Positions 12,721-26,660 of a stretch of DNA of 64,000 nt are shown in pieces. The notes below the pieces were generated by a model, which made no database searches, was not told the DNA's origin, and saw nothing but the letters and a program-made list of their open reading frames with translations. The stretch covers positions 105,958,001 through 106,022,000 of the forward strand of contig OX597817.1 of the NCBI GenBank assembly GCA_951406725.2. The letters are read 5' to 3'. Source of the DNA: Octopus vulgaris (Eukaryota). The position numbers and the translations under genes are program-made. Within the stretch, counting starts at the first letter, position 1; each line of letters begins with the position of its first letter.

Positions 12721-13792
12721 CCCTTTCGTTACCAAACCGCCCAAACCCGTCCGAATTTACCTATTCATATTTAAATGAGAATATCAGAGCAAATCTCTTT
12801 AGTACATTCGTGAAAACACGTGATTATGCTTCGTAAACAGTTCATCTACAGTTTTGTACAAAGATCGACGTGTAATTTGAATTCCCTGAATTTCGGGAGA
12901 TTTTTTTCCACATTTTTTTCGGCATCGATTTTTCTTCAACTTTGAAAATAGATAGGAGTTTCATGTTATCAAGCATTGATTCCGAATTGGAAAATTTGTG
13001 AAACAAATACTGGTTACTGTTGTGGATTTAGTTTTTATACATGGAAACTAATGTTAGTCAGCATGGCTTAGGGTATGATGTGGTCTGGAAGTTATTGTTT
13101 GAAGCGATCAATGCGGAAACAAACTTACGCAGAACGTAAACAAACACAAAATGGGGGTTCAGATTTCGGAAAATTTGTGAAGCAAATACTGGGTACTGCG
13201 TGAATTTAGTTTTTATACAGGGTAAATAATGTTAGTCAGCATGGCCTAGGGAACGATGTGGTCTGGAACTTATCACTTCCATACCATAACCAGGGCCGTA
13301 TATTATTTTTTGACCGATTTCTTTAGTTCGGTCAAACTTACGGTGGATTCCAATATTTCAGTTTAATCCACCTTTATGGTACACCTGTTGTGCATTAAAT
13401 TCAACTGATGATATAGAGATGTGCACAATTCTTCTTTATCAAAATTTTGTTGCATACCCATTTGAATACTAGTTGATGATTCATTTTCTATGGTGATGTT
13501 TAAAAAAATTTTAATATTTTTACCTTTTGCTCATTTTAAAATTTTAATATTTTTACCTTTTGCTCAATTTACCTGGATTTACCTGTAATTAAAGTCACTT
13601 TGAGACAAAAGTTTTGCAATAGAATCGATTAAGAACCCTTTCTTTAATTATGTTCCAAATATCACATTAATATGTTGATAAGTAAAAAAGTTACAGTTAT
13701 TTAATGAAACAAGCCTAGATTCATGATTATTTTAGAATTTAATTGAAACTCATGAGGGGTGTATTTTGGTCAGAAATATAGTAACGAAAGGG
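12721..13792. mobile_element. Non-autonomous piggyBac-like element (about 1.07 kb), same TIR family as 10028-10248
   Basis: TTAA|ccctttcgttac ... gtaacgaaaggg|tt, a perfect 12-bp TIR. Internal direct repeats about 180 bp apart (about 12985-13100 and 13165-13275). No transposase ORF. Confidence 0.75.
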
Positions 13793-13858
13793 TTGTGGTT
13801 GTCGTTGATAAGTGATACATACTCACATGTTACACACACACACACACTCAGAGACATA

Positions 13859-13902
<44 letters not shown>

Positions 13903-13992
13903 TAAATATATATATTGCGAAATTTGATTTAATGCTAAATTGAATTTTTCCCTGTAAGTTTGGAATTATACTCCCTAATATTATTATTATGC

Positions 13993-14028
<36 letters not shown>

Positions 14029-14715
14029 GTACATATATACATACACACACACACGCAACACATTTATATATATATACATATATATTTGTACATACACATC
14101 ACACTCATGCACACACACACTCACACACACATGCATGCAGGAGGAAGAAATGAGAAAACAGATGCAAATGGAGAAACATTTGCCAATGCTGTTATACAGT
14201 GGGAATACAACAGAGCAAAACTACTTTATTGATGATGCAAAGCAAAGTTTCTTGGGTTCTGACCAAATACTTTTGTAATTAAGTCACCATTTTTCTCACT
14301 ATATTTAAAGAAGAGGATGGTAATCTTTCATATATTTAAGTTTAATTCAATTAATCCCATGTTAGAAAAGTTCGTTTATTGAAAGTTACAAAATTTTTAT
14401 GAGTAAAGGATTTAAGAATGACTGCTGTTGTTGTCTTAGTAGATATATAAGTCCATTTGCAGTTACAATAATAGAGTACAACAAATGTACACAGCCATCA
14501 TCTACAATGTACAATTACAAATACATCTATGCAGACAAAATTATAATAAAAAGAAGCAATATATAACCACAGTTGCAATATACAACAAGTGTATGCAACT
14601 AAAGTGAAGTTATTGCATGCAGCAGCAGTTATGGAATTTTCTGTTATCACATTTTTTTTTAATTAATTTTTTTGCTGTAGATTTTACAGACTAGGCAGGG
14701 AATTTAAAAACTTAC

Positions 14716-14856
14716 CCTTTCCTTGTTTACAACCCTTAGATTTTATTCTAGTTTCAGGGCATTTCTTTGGATCGCCTTTCTTCAACATCATTGTCATATT
14801 TTTGGTGCTGGTGTTGGGATCACAAGCAGACCAAGTCCCTTTCATATACTTACATT
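14716..14856 (-). CDS. PTN-like: Pleiotrophin/midkine-family gene, coding exon 3: PTN/MK C-type domain 1 (ECKYMKGTWSACDPNTSTKNMTMMLKKGDPKKCPETRIKSKGCKQGK)
   Basis: ttacAG acceptor and GTAAGT donor; 141 nt, phase 1-1. Carries the CKY-x4-W-x2-CD...L-K-K...C...K-x-C signature of the PTN/MK C-domain. Confidence 0.9.
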
Positions 14857-14982
14857 CTGTAACAAAAGAAATAGAAAAGTAACTCTTACACATTGTACAA
14901 CATTATATATTGCAAGATATCAGAATTAGATGAAAAAATCTTAATTGAAAACATCAAAACATCACTTGCATTGTAACATTCT

Positions 14983-15210
14983 TTTCTACTCTAGGCACAA
15001 GGCGTGAAATATTGGTGGTGGTGATGGGGGAGGGGGCAGTCAATTAGATCGACCCCCCCCTCCAGTATGCAATTGGTACTTAATTTATCAACCCCGAAAG
15101 GATGAAAGGCAAAGTCGACCTTGGCAGAATTTGAACTCAGAATGTAAAGACACAAAATACTGCTAAGCATTTCGCCTGGCATGCTAACGTTTCTGCCAGC
15201 TAGCCACCTT
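14983..15210 (-). mobile_element. SINE family A copy
   Basis: Well-preserved core ccccgaaaggatgaaaggcaaagtcgacc..atttgaactcagaa. Confidence 0.8.
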
Positions 15211-16745
15211 GTATTGTAACATTAAAACTACAAAGCACTAAGGGATGCTTTATGTAGATGCTTGACCTACTAAAAGCAGTAGTCAAATCTTCCTTAAATT
15301 ACACATCACTCTATTTGAAAAGGATACATTGCTTCTAATCATACCCTATTATCTTAAAAGTAGAAAAGATGCATTGGACAATGTAAATATACAAAATAAT
15401 AGGATGGTCATAGTAGGAGCACAGCTCAGTTAGGGCTGACTCGGTTTTAATAACAGGAAGCCTACTTACAAAATCAGACCAAAACAATAAGGTTAGCTTA
15501 CTTCAACATAGGGGTACATATGATTATGATAATATGTTTGCTCTTAATCAAAGAAAATTGAGTAAATTCTTATGTAATTCTGGAGGCCATTAGAATCAAT
15601 TATATCACATGATTACATCTTGTGACTATTTACTTTGTAGTTACAGAAGATAGCATCTATGTAACTGCTTGATCAGTTACAAATAGCAGCCAAACCACCC
15701 TCAAATAATAGGCTGTTGTCTTAAAGAAAGAGAGAAGGTGAGAGGGAATGAGAGAGATAGAATTTTAGTCCTGGCCAAACAAAATTAAGGAAGGGTCGAG
15801 ATTGGAACAGTTTTGATTATAGTTCTGTCTGCTCAATCAAAACCAACTTGGAACTAAGTAACTACTTAGTTTACCACTATAAAATGTCAGTAACAATATC
15901 AATATATATGACACCTTTTCCTTTAAAAACATAGAGTTGATTCTGTTTAATTACTTCTGTAATTGAAAATCTCATGCTATTAACAGAATTTGCAAGATAG
16001 GTGATAAATTACAAGATTCCAATATGCTGTCAGTAGTAAAGCATTGTGATATTTCACACATATACTAGATACAGATGAAAGCAAAAATAAAATTTTATAT
16101 ACAATACATTTTATGTAAACATAAATTACTTATCTTCCACCCAGTTCATGCTGTTTCTTTGATATATTATTGGTATGACAATTGTTTCACTTATCCCCTA
16201 TGAGGTTTTTGCAGTTGCTTTTGATATTTTTCAATTACCCATTCTTAACTTGACAAAGACTTTCACACAATTTGAATTACTCAATGATAACAACTTAGAG
16301 GATGCAGAAAAACTTACTGGGTCCATCACAGAATGAAATAGTTGATAATGAAAACAACAAGATAACATCCTTTGTCTAAAAAATATCGTTTGGTAATATT
16401 TATCTACAATGAAAACTTATCTATTGAAGAGTTTTATTACACTATTAGAAATAAGATAAAATTCAATTAAAAGAGTAATGTGAACACATTTAATTTTTTA
16501 ACATTGGTTACTTGTAAAACACAAGGCGCTGCCTTCTGTCATTCTTATTCATCATCAAAACAGAAGCTTCTAGAATCACCTAATTCATCCTAAGTCAAAT
16601 ATATGTTCAATTTTAGCATACATTGGGCTAAATGTTTACTCAAAATCTAAAACAAAAACAAAAACAAACGTGCATAATTAACTGAGATTGGCATCATTTA
16701 CTAATGTAAATGACGTTGATTAACTGAAAGTTAATTGTATATACA

Positions 16746-17130
16746 GGCGCAGGAGTGGCTGTGTGGTAAGTAGCTTGCTTACCAACCACATGGTTCCGAG
16801 TTCAGACCCACTGTGTGGCACCTTGGGCAAGTGTCTTCTACTATAGCCTCAGGCTGACCAAAGCCTTGGGAGTGGATTTGGTAGACGAAAACTGTAAAGA
16901 AGCCTGTCGTATATATGTATAAATGTATGTGTGTATATGTTTGTGTGTCTGTGTTTGTCATCCATCTTCCCCCCCGCCAACATCGCTTGACATCCGACGT
17001 TGGTGTGTTTACGTCTCCATAACTTAACAGTTTGGCAAAAGAGACCAATATGATAAGTACTAGGCTTAAGGCAGTGCTCCAGCATGGCCACAGTCAAATG
17101 ACTGAAACAAGTAAAAGATTAAAAGATAAA
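16746..17130 (+). mobile_element. tRNA-derived SINE family B
   Basis: Head ggcgcaggagtggctgtgtggtaag..ggttccgagttcagaccc..caccttgggcaagtgtcttctactatagcc. Related copies at 46720-47107 and 61127-61293. Confidence 0.8.
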
Positions 17131-18804
17131 AAAGATTCACATAGATTCTATGCTAAACCAGTGTCTCTCGTGATAATAGGCTGGGAAAAATGAAAAAAGA
17201 GATGGAGAAATTTCTACATTTAATAAAACTGAGATGGTTTAAACTTTTAAAACTTGTCCAATACTATAACAAAGAAGGAAGAAGTATATGGATATAAGCT
17301 CTATTTTATCTTCTTGTTACTAAAGAGAGTGGAGCATAATGTTTCCACAATATTTTGGTTGGCTTTTATTCTGTTGTTCTGAGAACCATGGTTCTGAGAA
17401 ATGGCTTGGTATTTTGAAAACATGCAATTAACAGACTGATGAAATTAATCAGAATTGCTTGTACATGTTCTGATAAAAATTTTTTACTAAAATTTCTTTT
17501 AACTAATTATCTATATGTAATTTCTATCATTTTCCGTGTATTGATGTAATTGACTTAATCCCTCCCCAAAATTGCTGGCCTTGTGCCAAAATTTGAAATC
17601 ACTATTTAAGTTGATATTATGATATATTTTATGGCAAAGTAGTTTTGCTGAATTTTTTTCTTTCCTAAACTTTCTTTTTTCCATTCTAGCATGGCCAATA
17701 TTATATTATTAGAGTAAATAATTTTACAGTTAGCTGTCCTGGGAGTGGCACATTTTTCTAGCTTGACTTGATCAAGCAGATTAAGGTACATTATTAAGAA
17801 GTGTAAATGTTATGTATTTGATCTTCAAAAGTGGAAACTTACAGATGTACCAATCTTAAGAGGATTTAAACATAACATATACATAGAAAGGTCACTTTAA
17901 ATTAGAGACATCTGTAACATGTTGCTTTCAAAAGTCAGAATGTATAGATTTGAGAATGTAGTGAAGCACAGTATATATTCTGAGGTGGTGTTAGTAGATG
18001 AGTAACTATAGAATAAATGCAACTGCAGTGAAGTAACTTGATACCTGACCCACTTTAATATGAAAAGACAAATGCTGAAATAATTGAAATGGATCATTAT
18101 TTGTAATTGAATAAGTAAATAAGAAGATGAATTGGAAATCAATATTTATTAAATTAGTTTTGAAGTCACTGAAGATCACTTGAATTTTTGAAAGAAATGT
18201 TTAATTGATAGCTGGGCTCAGAACAAATTATCATTTTATGCCTCATGCTTTAGACACGGGTGGAGAAACTTTTACATACAAAGAGCAAATTGAGAACTTT
18301 GGGTGTATCTGTGCTGAGAAAAATAATGAATCTTTAATGTTACAAATTCATAAGTGCATAGCTTATATTAAATTACTGTTTTGGTCTTAAGGCATAACAC
18401 TTAATACCAACCTGCCTACCTACCTAAGATCACCTCTAGTTGTGATACTAAACCACTCATTTTAAATTATTCCTATTTAATATAAAAACCATCTATCATA
18501 ATTTTATGTAACAACTTTTCATCAAGTTATGTTACAAATGCTAACTTCATAATGAAACAGTTATTTCATTAAATCTGTCTTAACTCTTGTTTATTTCCCA
18601 AAAATAGTGTATGTCAGTAGAAATAAAGTCATGAAAGAATTAAACTGATTCTTACATATGGAATTTTAAAGATTTCATTGGTAGACCATTTCAAATTTTA
18701 ATGTGAGTGAAATTTTGCCCATGAGTAGAAGTTCTCCACCTCTTGAACTTTCTTTAATAATCACAGTATGTATAGAAGAACAAGATAATGTTTCTATTCT
18801 TATA

Positions 18805-18916
<112 letters not shown>

Positions 18917-21900
18917 CATGTGTGTGTGTGTCACTTGGAAAATATTCAACATAGTAACAAACAGAATTTATACATCAGTTTTTATTTATAGAGCATTATA
19001 GTAGGCAATGAAGTGTAGTAGAGATGTTTTGGAGAACTCAGTCTGAGACCATGTATTCCCTAGCTTATGTTGATATATTCTTTGCACCATGAGCAATAAA
19101 CTCATTGGACATTTTCATTTCAATGAGAAGACCAACTGAACAATGAAAAGTTCACTAGATTTAAGAGGGCACTAGTGACAATTTCATTTCAATTATTGCT
19201 ATTCCTGTACTTGTATCCAGTTTTGCCTCATTTTGATCATATAAATTGGTTTGGTTAGTAATTGTCTCTTATTGATTGCTAGATGGCATGGTCAATAATT
19301 TCTTAGAATGACCAATATTGACCAAAATAAGACTTTTTTTTCAACATTCAGCTCTTGAAAGTTTATTGTTCAAGATGATTCCAACTGCAACTTAAAATTT
19401 TAATGTGTGCTCTGTTATAAATATCAGCATGGCCATTAATCACCTCTTGACTGATACTAACAATCATTAAAAGTCAAATTAGTAGTGATAAATCATTAAT
19501 TAATAATTTAGATTAACCACAACAAAGACCAGTGATGTATAAACAAAATTTGAACAAGCAATGACAACAGTAGTTATACCTTGTTAATTTACTGTGAATG
19601 AGTGTGTGAGCATATTTATATATAAATATGTGTTACACGAAAGGTTAATTAATCATGTTACTCAAAAGTTTCAGCAATAAAGTTATTTGTCAGATTTTAT
19701 GATAATTTGGTTACAAAGTTTAGAAGAATAAGAACACTCTTAACCATTCTCAAACATAGAGATTTTCATTAGTTTCAGAATGCTTTCCAAAACTTTGGTG
19801 AGCATAATACTTGAAATTGAAAGCTCAAATATAAATAGATATTAAACATTATTTTGGTCAATATTGATCATGTTGAGAAATTATTGACCATACTGTGTAG
19901 CAATCAACAAGAAACAGAGCACTAACCAAATCATTTTGCATACATTATTAAAACTGGAATTATGGAAAACTGGATACAAGTAAATGAATAGCAATAATTA
20001 ATATGATATTGAAGGGTATAGAATAGTTATAGTTACTTCTCTGAGAACTATTTAAAAAATTTTAGGAAGATTTTGAAACTAATAAAGATATTCATTGGAA
20101 AATCTCCAAAGAGAGATAAGGTAAGTTCAAAATTTCCTTACTTCCCCACTCCCATCTTTCACACCTAGGATCATTGTTGAAATATCAAATTGTCCCAATA
20201 CTCGACAGGTACTTTATGTTATCAACCTTAAAAGGATGAAAGAACAGAGTTGATCTCTGTGTTATTTGAACTCATAGCGTAAAAGGGCCACTACTAAATA
20301 CTCCTCTAATAATTTTGCCAATAAAGTATTTAAAAAGATATGAACTATTGAGAATGAAATGGAGATTCCAGATTGAAGAGAATTCAGACAAAATTTAAAC
20401 AAAATCTTATGTTGACTATATTTCCTATTGAAGTAAATCAAGATTTTTTTTATATTTTTGGATGAAACAAAAAGCACTTCATATATTTTGCTTAAATATG
20501 AATCATCACATAAGTTCTTGGATCAATGGCACCATTTAATAAACAAAGAAATTTTTCTGATCTAATTGTGATCAATATTAATAAAGTTATTGCCACAGTA
20601 GTTGCAGAAAGAGTAATAAATTCTGAAGTTTAATAATGTTCAAAATTATTAACAAAAAAAAGTTATATCACAATAAAAGAAAAATAAATTGTTGTGAATA
20701 ATAACATAAGAACACATCATGTGGAAAGTGTTATGTTCTTTGACCTAAAAAGGGAAAACAATATATCCATTTTCCTCCCTCCTCACCAACTGCCAAACAT
20801 CATTAAAGAATTCTTTTCTTTGTAGAGAAATAACTAGATAATAAAAAAAAATTGTTGCTAAATACATAGTGTAACAATTAAAATCATCCAGAAAAATATT
20901 TATGAGTATTGAATGAAAGATTAATGTTATTTACAGAAAATATGAGAGAATTATCAGTACATTTCTTAAAATGTTAGTCTGGAACAAAAATGTGCTGTTT
21001 TGTTATATTAAATAATTGCTTCTATTGAAGATATAAATTTACTTCTAAATTATGTCTTAGCAAAGTTTCTTCAATTGATTTCAAACACAAAAATGGCTAT
21101 TTGCTTTGCCTTTAAGTAGACAGAGTAATTGATTAATGAAGTAAATTTAATGTAAAGTAGATTCTGCACCAAAATTTTGCAAAACATGCTAATATTTGGA
21201 AAACCATGCCAATGTTTTCCAAAACTCACTCAAATTCTAAAAGCCTGCCAAAATGTGTGCAGAGTTCTGTATTTTCTATATTTCTATAATCTAGAATGTT
21301 TTGAAATAAAAAAAATCAATAGCTGCTTGCACAACAATTTTTTACAAAGCAGTATTTTACAAGAAGGAAAAAGAATAAAGGTTTTTATTTATATCAAAAT
21401 ACTTTGAACTTTAGCAATAAACATTTTCAAGTAAATCTATTAGCTCATTCATATGCTTTCTGAGTTAAATATGAAAATTTTCAGTACAATATTGTTATTA
21501 ATGCTTCAAACTAGTTAGATGTAGGCAAAAATTAGATGTAAGGTTAAGATACCAATGAGTAAAAGTAAAAACGAGACACTTTGGCCTTTTTAAACAGAGA
21601 TTGGTTGTAAGAGGGAAATAGAGTATTCAGTCATGTATTACCCAGAAAAGCTTTTCAGTTTTCTAATGTTGATCATTTATAATTGGAATATTGAGTAAAT
21701 TATGGTTACTTATGCAGCGTTTCTCATTAAAAAGAGCTAAGGACTGTTAGGATTGAAAAAGAGGTGGACAAATCACTTTGTTTAATAAATTTATAATGAT
21801 AGCTTTAATCTTTTCAATTTGTCCATGGTGATGGTAAAAAAAGAAGAGTTATGTAAATGCAAGCTCTATTTTGTCAAAATAAAAAAATAAAGAAGTAAAA

Positions 21901-24900
21901 AAATTTCCCTAATATTTTCGTTTAATAAGAGCTTGGCACTTAGAGGACCACTTCTGCAGAAGATATGCTGTTTTGAACTGCATGTCTTGGTACCTATATT
22001 TTAAGATTTTGGTCAGTTATTGCAAATGTTTTAAATTTATTTACATATATTAAAAAATGTAATATGCCACATATATTTCATATATTCAATAGCACACTGA
22101 CAGAGTATTGCTATGAATGATTGCTTGACCAATTTCTTGCCACAGACATGAAATAGCAGCCACTTTACCTTCACTTCAACTAGCTTTTCCTTAGAATAAA
22201 TGAAAGCCCTTGTCAATTTACCAGTGACAGCATTTGAATTTATTACCTCTGATTCAAAGAGATATGTGTCTAGTAGTACTGTATACATGCCAACATAGCC
22301 ATCATCATAGCACTTTGAAATGTTACTGTCAGTGAAAATGTTTGTAAAATTTACATCCTTACCCTCATACTCAAAGTATATGGTAAACAGGCCTTCTCAC
22401 CAAGTATTTTTCATCACTATAGTGCAGTTTGTTGGGCTCCAATGTCACTGATATGCCTGCAGACACTAGGAAATATTTGATGACATTGTTTTTTACAGTA
22501 TGTTGGAGAATCTGTTCCAGCACTGAGTCAGCATGAGAACGCATATCTCTGAGCAGTGAGGGAAATGTGTGGGAAATTGTAGAAAAAATGTAAACTAGCA
22601 TTTGTCAGTTTAAGGGGTTCTGTTGTTGTTGTTGTTGTTGTCGTCGTCGTCATTGTCATTATCGTTGGGTAAGAGTCTTCTACCTTAGACTTAGACTTAC
22701 CACAACCTTGTCTACAGAATTAATCCCAAACAAGTCATCCATTTCTCCCCATAACAAGCAGTGTACAATCTATAGATGGGGAGTATGTTGTTGACTGAAA
22801 CTAAGTGAAAGGCTGCCATGTGCATATACATGTATGTGTGTGTCTTTTACTGATTTACATTTCTGAAGGATATGAACATTGACGTGAAAATGAAGTTAGT
22901 GCTTTATGAATAGAGTTCCTTAAAATACTTGTTTTGTATCCATGTTACACACACTCCCTTGTCACTTGCTATCAGAAATGCACTGAACCAATCTAAAGCT
23001 ACTATTGTTCACCAACTGTGATACTACTTGAAATGATTGGGTATGTAAGTATTTTGTTAGGTATGCAGGTATTTGTAAATACCTCATGGAGTGACGACTG
23101 TGCTCTGGATAATTATGGGCTGCCCTTTGGCAAGGTATAGCATGCATTCAACCACCCTGCCAGGGATACAGCAAAGCCAAGGTGGATTGTGAAGAGGTAG
23201 CAGAAGAGCTCAACTGAACCAATGGTGCTTCTTACATTGATGCTGAGCAGAGGAATCCTAGAAGATCAATTGTCAGGATCATCAAGCTCTTTCAAAGGGA
23301 GTAACTGCAATGCATCAATAGGGGGGACATCCATGGATGTGTAATCAGTTGATTCAAATTCATAATAATGGAATTGGATGGAGACAGAGAGTCTTGGGAA
23401 TCCATGAAAATAATGATGAAAAAAAATATATGAAAATATATTTATTGTAGATGAAGCTTCAGAAATTGTTGGATTTTGGAATCAAAGCTCTGCTTCAGAC
23501 ATCCTATTTCTCCAGTCTTTCACCGAAAAGATTTTAATTTTTTCAAATACCTAGACAGTTGCTTGAATAGCACACATTTCCAAAACCAGACAGTGTCACA
23601 GAAGCTTTCAAAGAGTTTATAGATTCTATAAACACATTCATTTCTACATGACAGGAATCTATAGTCTTACTACATTTGTACTGAATTAAATGGAGCCTAC
23701 TTTGATTAAAGCATAGTTTTTCACCTTTGCTTTATATCTTTTCAAACATTGATCCTTCATCATCATCATCATCATAATCATCATCATGAATTCAAGACAA
23801 CAAAGCAATGAGACTGAAAACTTTTACAAAACTCTTCAAGATTATTATTTAAAAACAGCCATTATGCTCAGGAGCATTTTCAATATATCAACAATCCTAT
23901 GAGAATAACCAGATATAATTACATCATCATCCTCATCATTATCAGCACCACCACCACCAACTGCCTCCACCACTGCCACTGCCATCATCACCACCACCAT
24001 TATTATTCACCATAGAAATAGAACAAATTACTTTAAAACAACATTAGGAATTTAAACACAAGGATAAATAATCCAGAATTTTAAACAGTTTTGAAGCAAG
24101 GACAATATAAAAACTGACCTTCACAGTAACAGACAGCCAATAAATACTCCTGCACAGACCCAGTGATAAATAGGCCAGTCTATTGCAAGAGTTAATTTAT
24201 TGAGAATGAAATCATGGCAAATACAGTATTGTCCATAATTATCAAATTTAATAAGTTAGTGGTTATGAAATGTAGGCTACTATACTCTGACCTACTACCA
24301 CTAATAAATTTATCCGTTATCTCAAGTCTGAAATTATATAACCATTACCATTCATATGGTAATCATGAAATGTAATTTCTATGCCATTTGCATTTCACAT
24401 GTATTTCAATAGTTGTGTGATTTTATGACTGATAAAGCATTCAAGAGGATGATTTTCTATAGCAATTTCAAAATGTCTGAACTATATAAATTGGGTACAT
24501 TTAAGATTGTTTTCCTTCTATTTTCCAAATCATGAGTAACATTATCTCTTTTTCTTTTTCTTCTTTCTCTCCACTCCTCTTTTACTTGGATAGTATAAGT
24601 AATTATTCTGATTATCCCCCTGCTCTAATAGTCTTTACTGAATGTATACAACAGAGAAAAAGACTTGTCTGATTATGAAACTAGTTGGAAATATTAAACA
24701 TTGAATATACAAACAATATAACTTTTTGAGTTACATGTCTATGATAACTTTTCAGTGAAAAGGAAAAAAGTGAAAAAGACAGGATATAATTTTTACATAA
24801 TTTCCTCCCTCATAGGAAAAATAAATGAAACAATAAATAACCAGCTTTGTTTTACTAGTATAATGTCTTGGAAGATAAGCTGTCTCAGATTCTAAATCCT

Positions 24901-24963
24901 ATTAAATTCTGTCTTTCATAATGCTTTGCTAAACTCCTGGCTATATCTTCAGATTAGCTGTTA

Positions 24964-26062
24964 AGTGATGAGTTGGCAGAGCCATTTGCATACCAGACAG
25001 AATGCTTAGTGGCATTTCATCTGTCTTTGCATTCTAAGTTCAAATTCTACTGAGGTCAACTTTGCCTTTCATCCTTTAGGGATTGATAAAATAATTACCA
25101 GTTAAACACTAGAAGTAATTAACTTACCCCAACTCCCAAAACTGCTGGCCTTGTGGCAAAATTTTAAATCACTATCTTCAGATTAACTACATTCATTGTT
25201 TTTCAAACTTTTTCAATAACCACCCACTTTCTTTCACTGCCATTTTTCCAATGACTCCTCGTTATAATTCAACAAAATGAAACACACCACAAAGTATTTC
25301 TCCCAACAACTACTTACTGTTAACAATTACTTGCACATAAGACATGTTCTTCAATGGAGTGTCAAAACATTCCAAGCACTAAAACTGGTTTCAAATTTTG
25401 GCACCAGGCCAGTAATTCTGAGGGAAGGAGTGAGCCAGCTACATTGACCCCAGTGCTCAAATGGAACTTATTTTATCAACCATGAAAGGATAAAATTCAA
25501 AATCAACCTCATTGAAATTTGAAATCAGAACGTAAAGACAAACAAAATGCCACAAAGCATTTTGTCTGGCATGCTAACAATTCTACTAGTTCACCAACTT
25601 ATTTCAAGTACAGATATTTGTTTCATATTTTAGCAGAAGGATAGCAATTTCATTGAAGTGATTAAGCCAATTACATCGACTCCAGTGCTCAACTGATACT
25701 TATGTTATCAACCCCAAAAGGAGGAGAGGTGTAGTCAACTCCAGCAGCATTTGAACTCAGAATATAGAGTTGGAAATAATTTCACTAAGCATTTTGTCCA
25801 GTGTGGTAACAATCCTGCCAGCTTGCCATCATTTGAGCATTAATATTACCAGATGGTTTAGGATGGCAAACTGGTAGAGAAAATGCTTAGTGGTATTTTT
25901 TCCAACTTTACAGTCAGAGTTCAAATGCTGCTGGGGTCAACATCACTTTTGTTCCTTTCTGAGTTGATAAAATAAGTACCAGTTGAACACTGAGGTCAAT
26001 TTAATCAACTTACCGGCTTCAAAGAAATGGCTGGCCTTGTGATCAAGTTTGAGACCAATATT
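24964..26062. mobile_element. Cluster of four SINE family A copies in +/-/-/+ orientation (about 24964-25175, 25385-25600, 25615-25830, 25860-26062)
   Basis: Each carries the family A core or its reverse complement. Confidence 0.75.
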
Positions 26063-26169
26063 GCCAGGGGATTTGCATAAAGAATAAAAATTGAAAATAT
26101 GTTTCGAAAACAATACTTTTGTATATCATTTATTATTTACAAGCATATGTAGCATATATTCTCATTGTA

Positions 26170-26621
26170 TTAATATCTACTTTTCCATGATTGCATGGGT
26201 TGAACGAAATTCACTGAGGCAGATTTTCTATAACTGGATGCTCTTCAGTTTTATTTATTTATTTATTCAAATTTCAAAGTCTGTTATTGTTAATATTGGT
26301 GACACACAAAAGGCATCTGTGCTAGTGGCATGTAAAAGACATTCATGCCACTGACTCATAAAAAGCACCTGTGCAAGTAACATGTAGAAGGCACTTGTGC
26401 CAGTGACACATGAAAGGTACCCTTGCTGGTGACACATAAAAGGCACCCATACCAGTGACACATTAGAGGCACCCATGTATACTCTATGGAGAAGTTAGTG
26501 TTAGGAAGGGCATCCAGCTGTAGAAACCAAGCCAAAACAGACTGGAGTTTGGTGCAGCTCTCCAGCTTACTAGTTCCAGTCAAACTGTCTAACCCATGCT
26601 AGCATGATAAACAGATGCTAA

Positions 26622-26660
<39 letters not shown>

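Noticed and set aside
26310-26475. Regularly spaced 23-25 bp repeats, superficially CRISPR-like
   Set aside because: Units are adjacent and degenerate with no unique spacers, they lie inside a eukaryotic interspersed repeat, and there are no cas genes.
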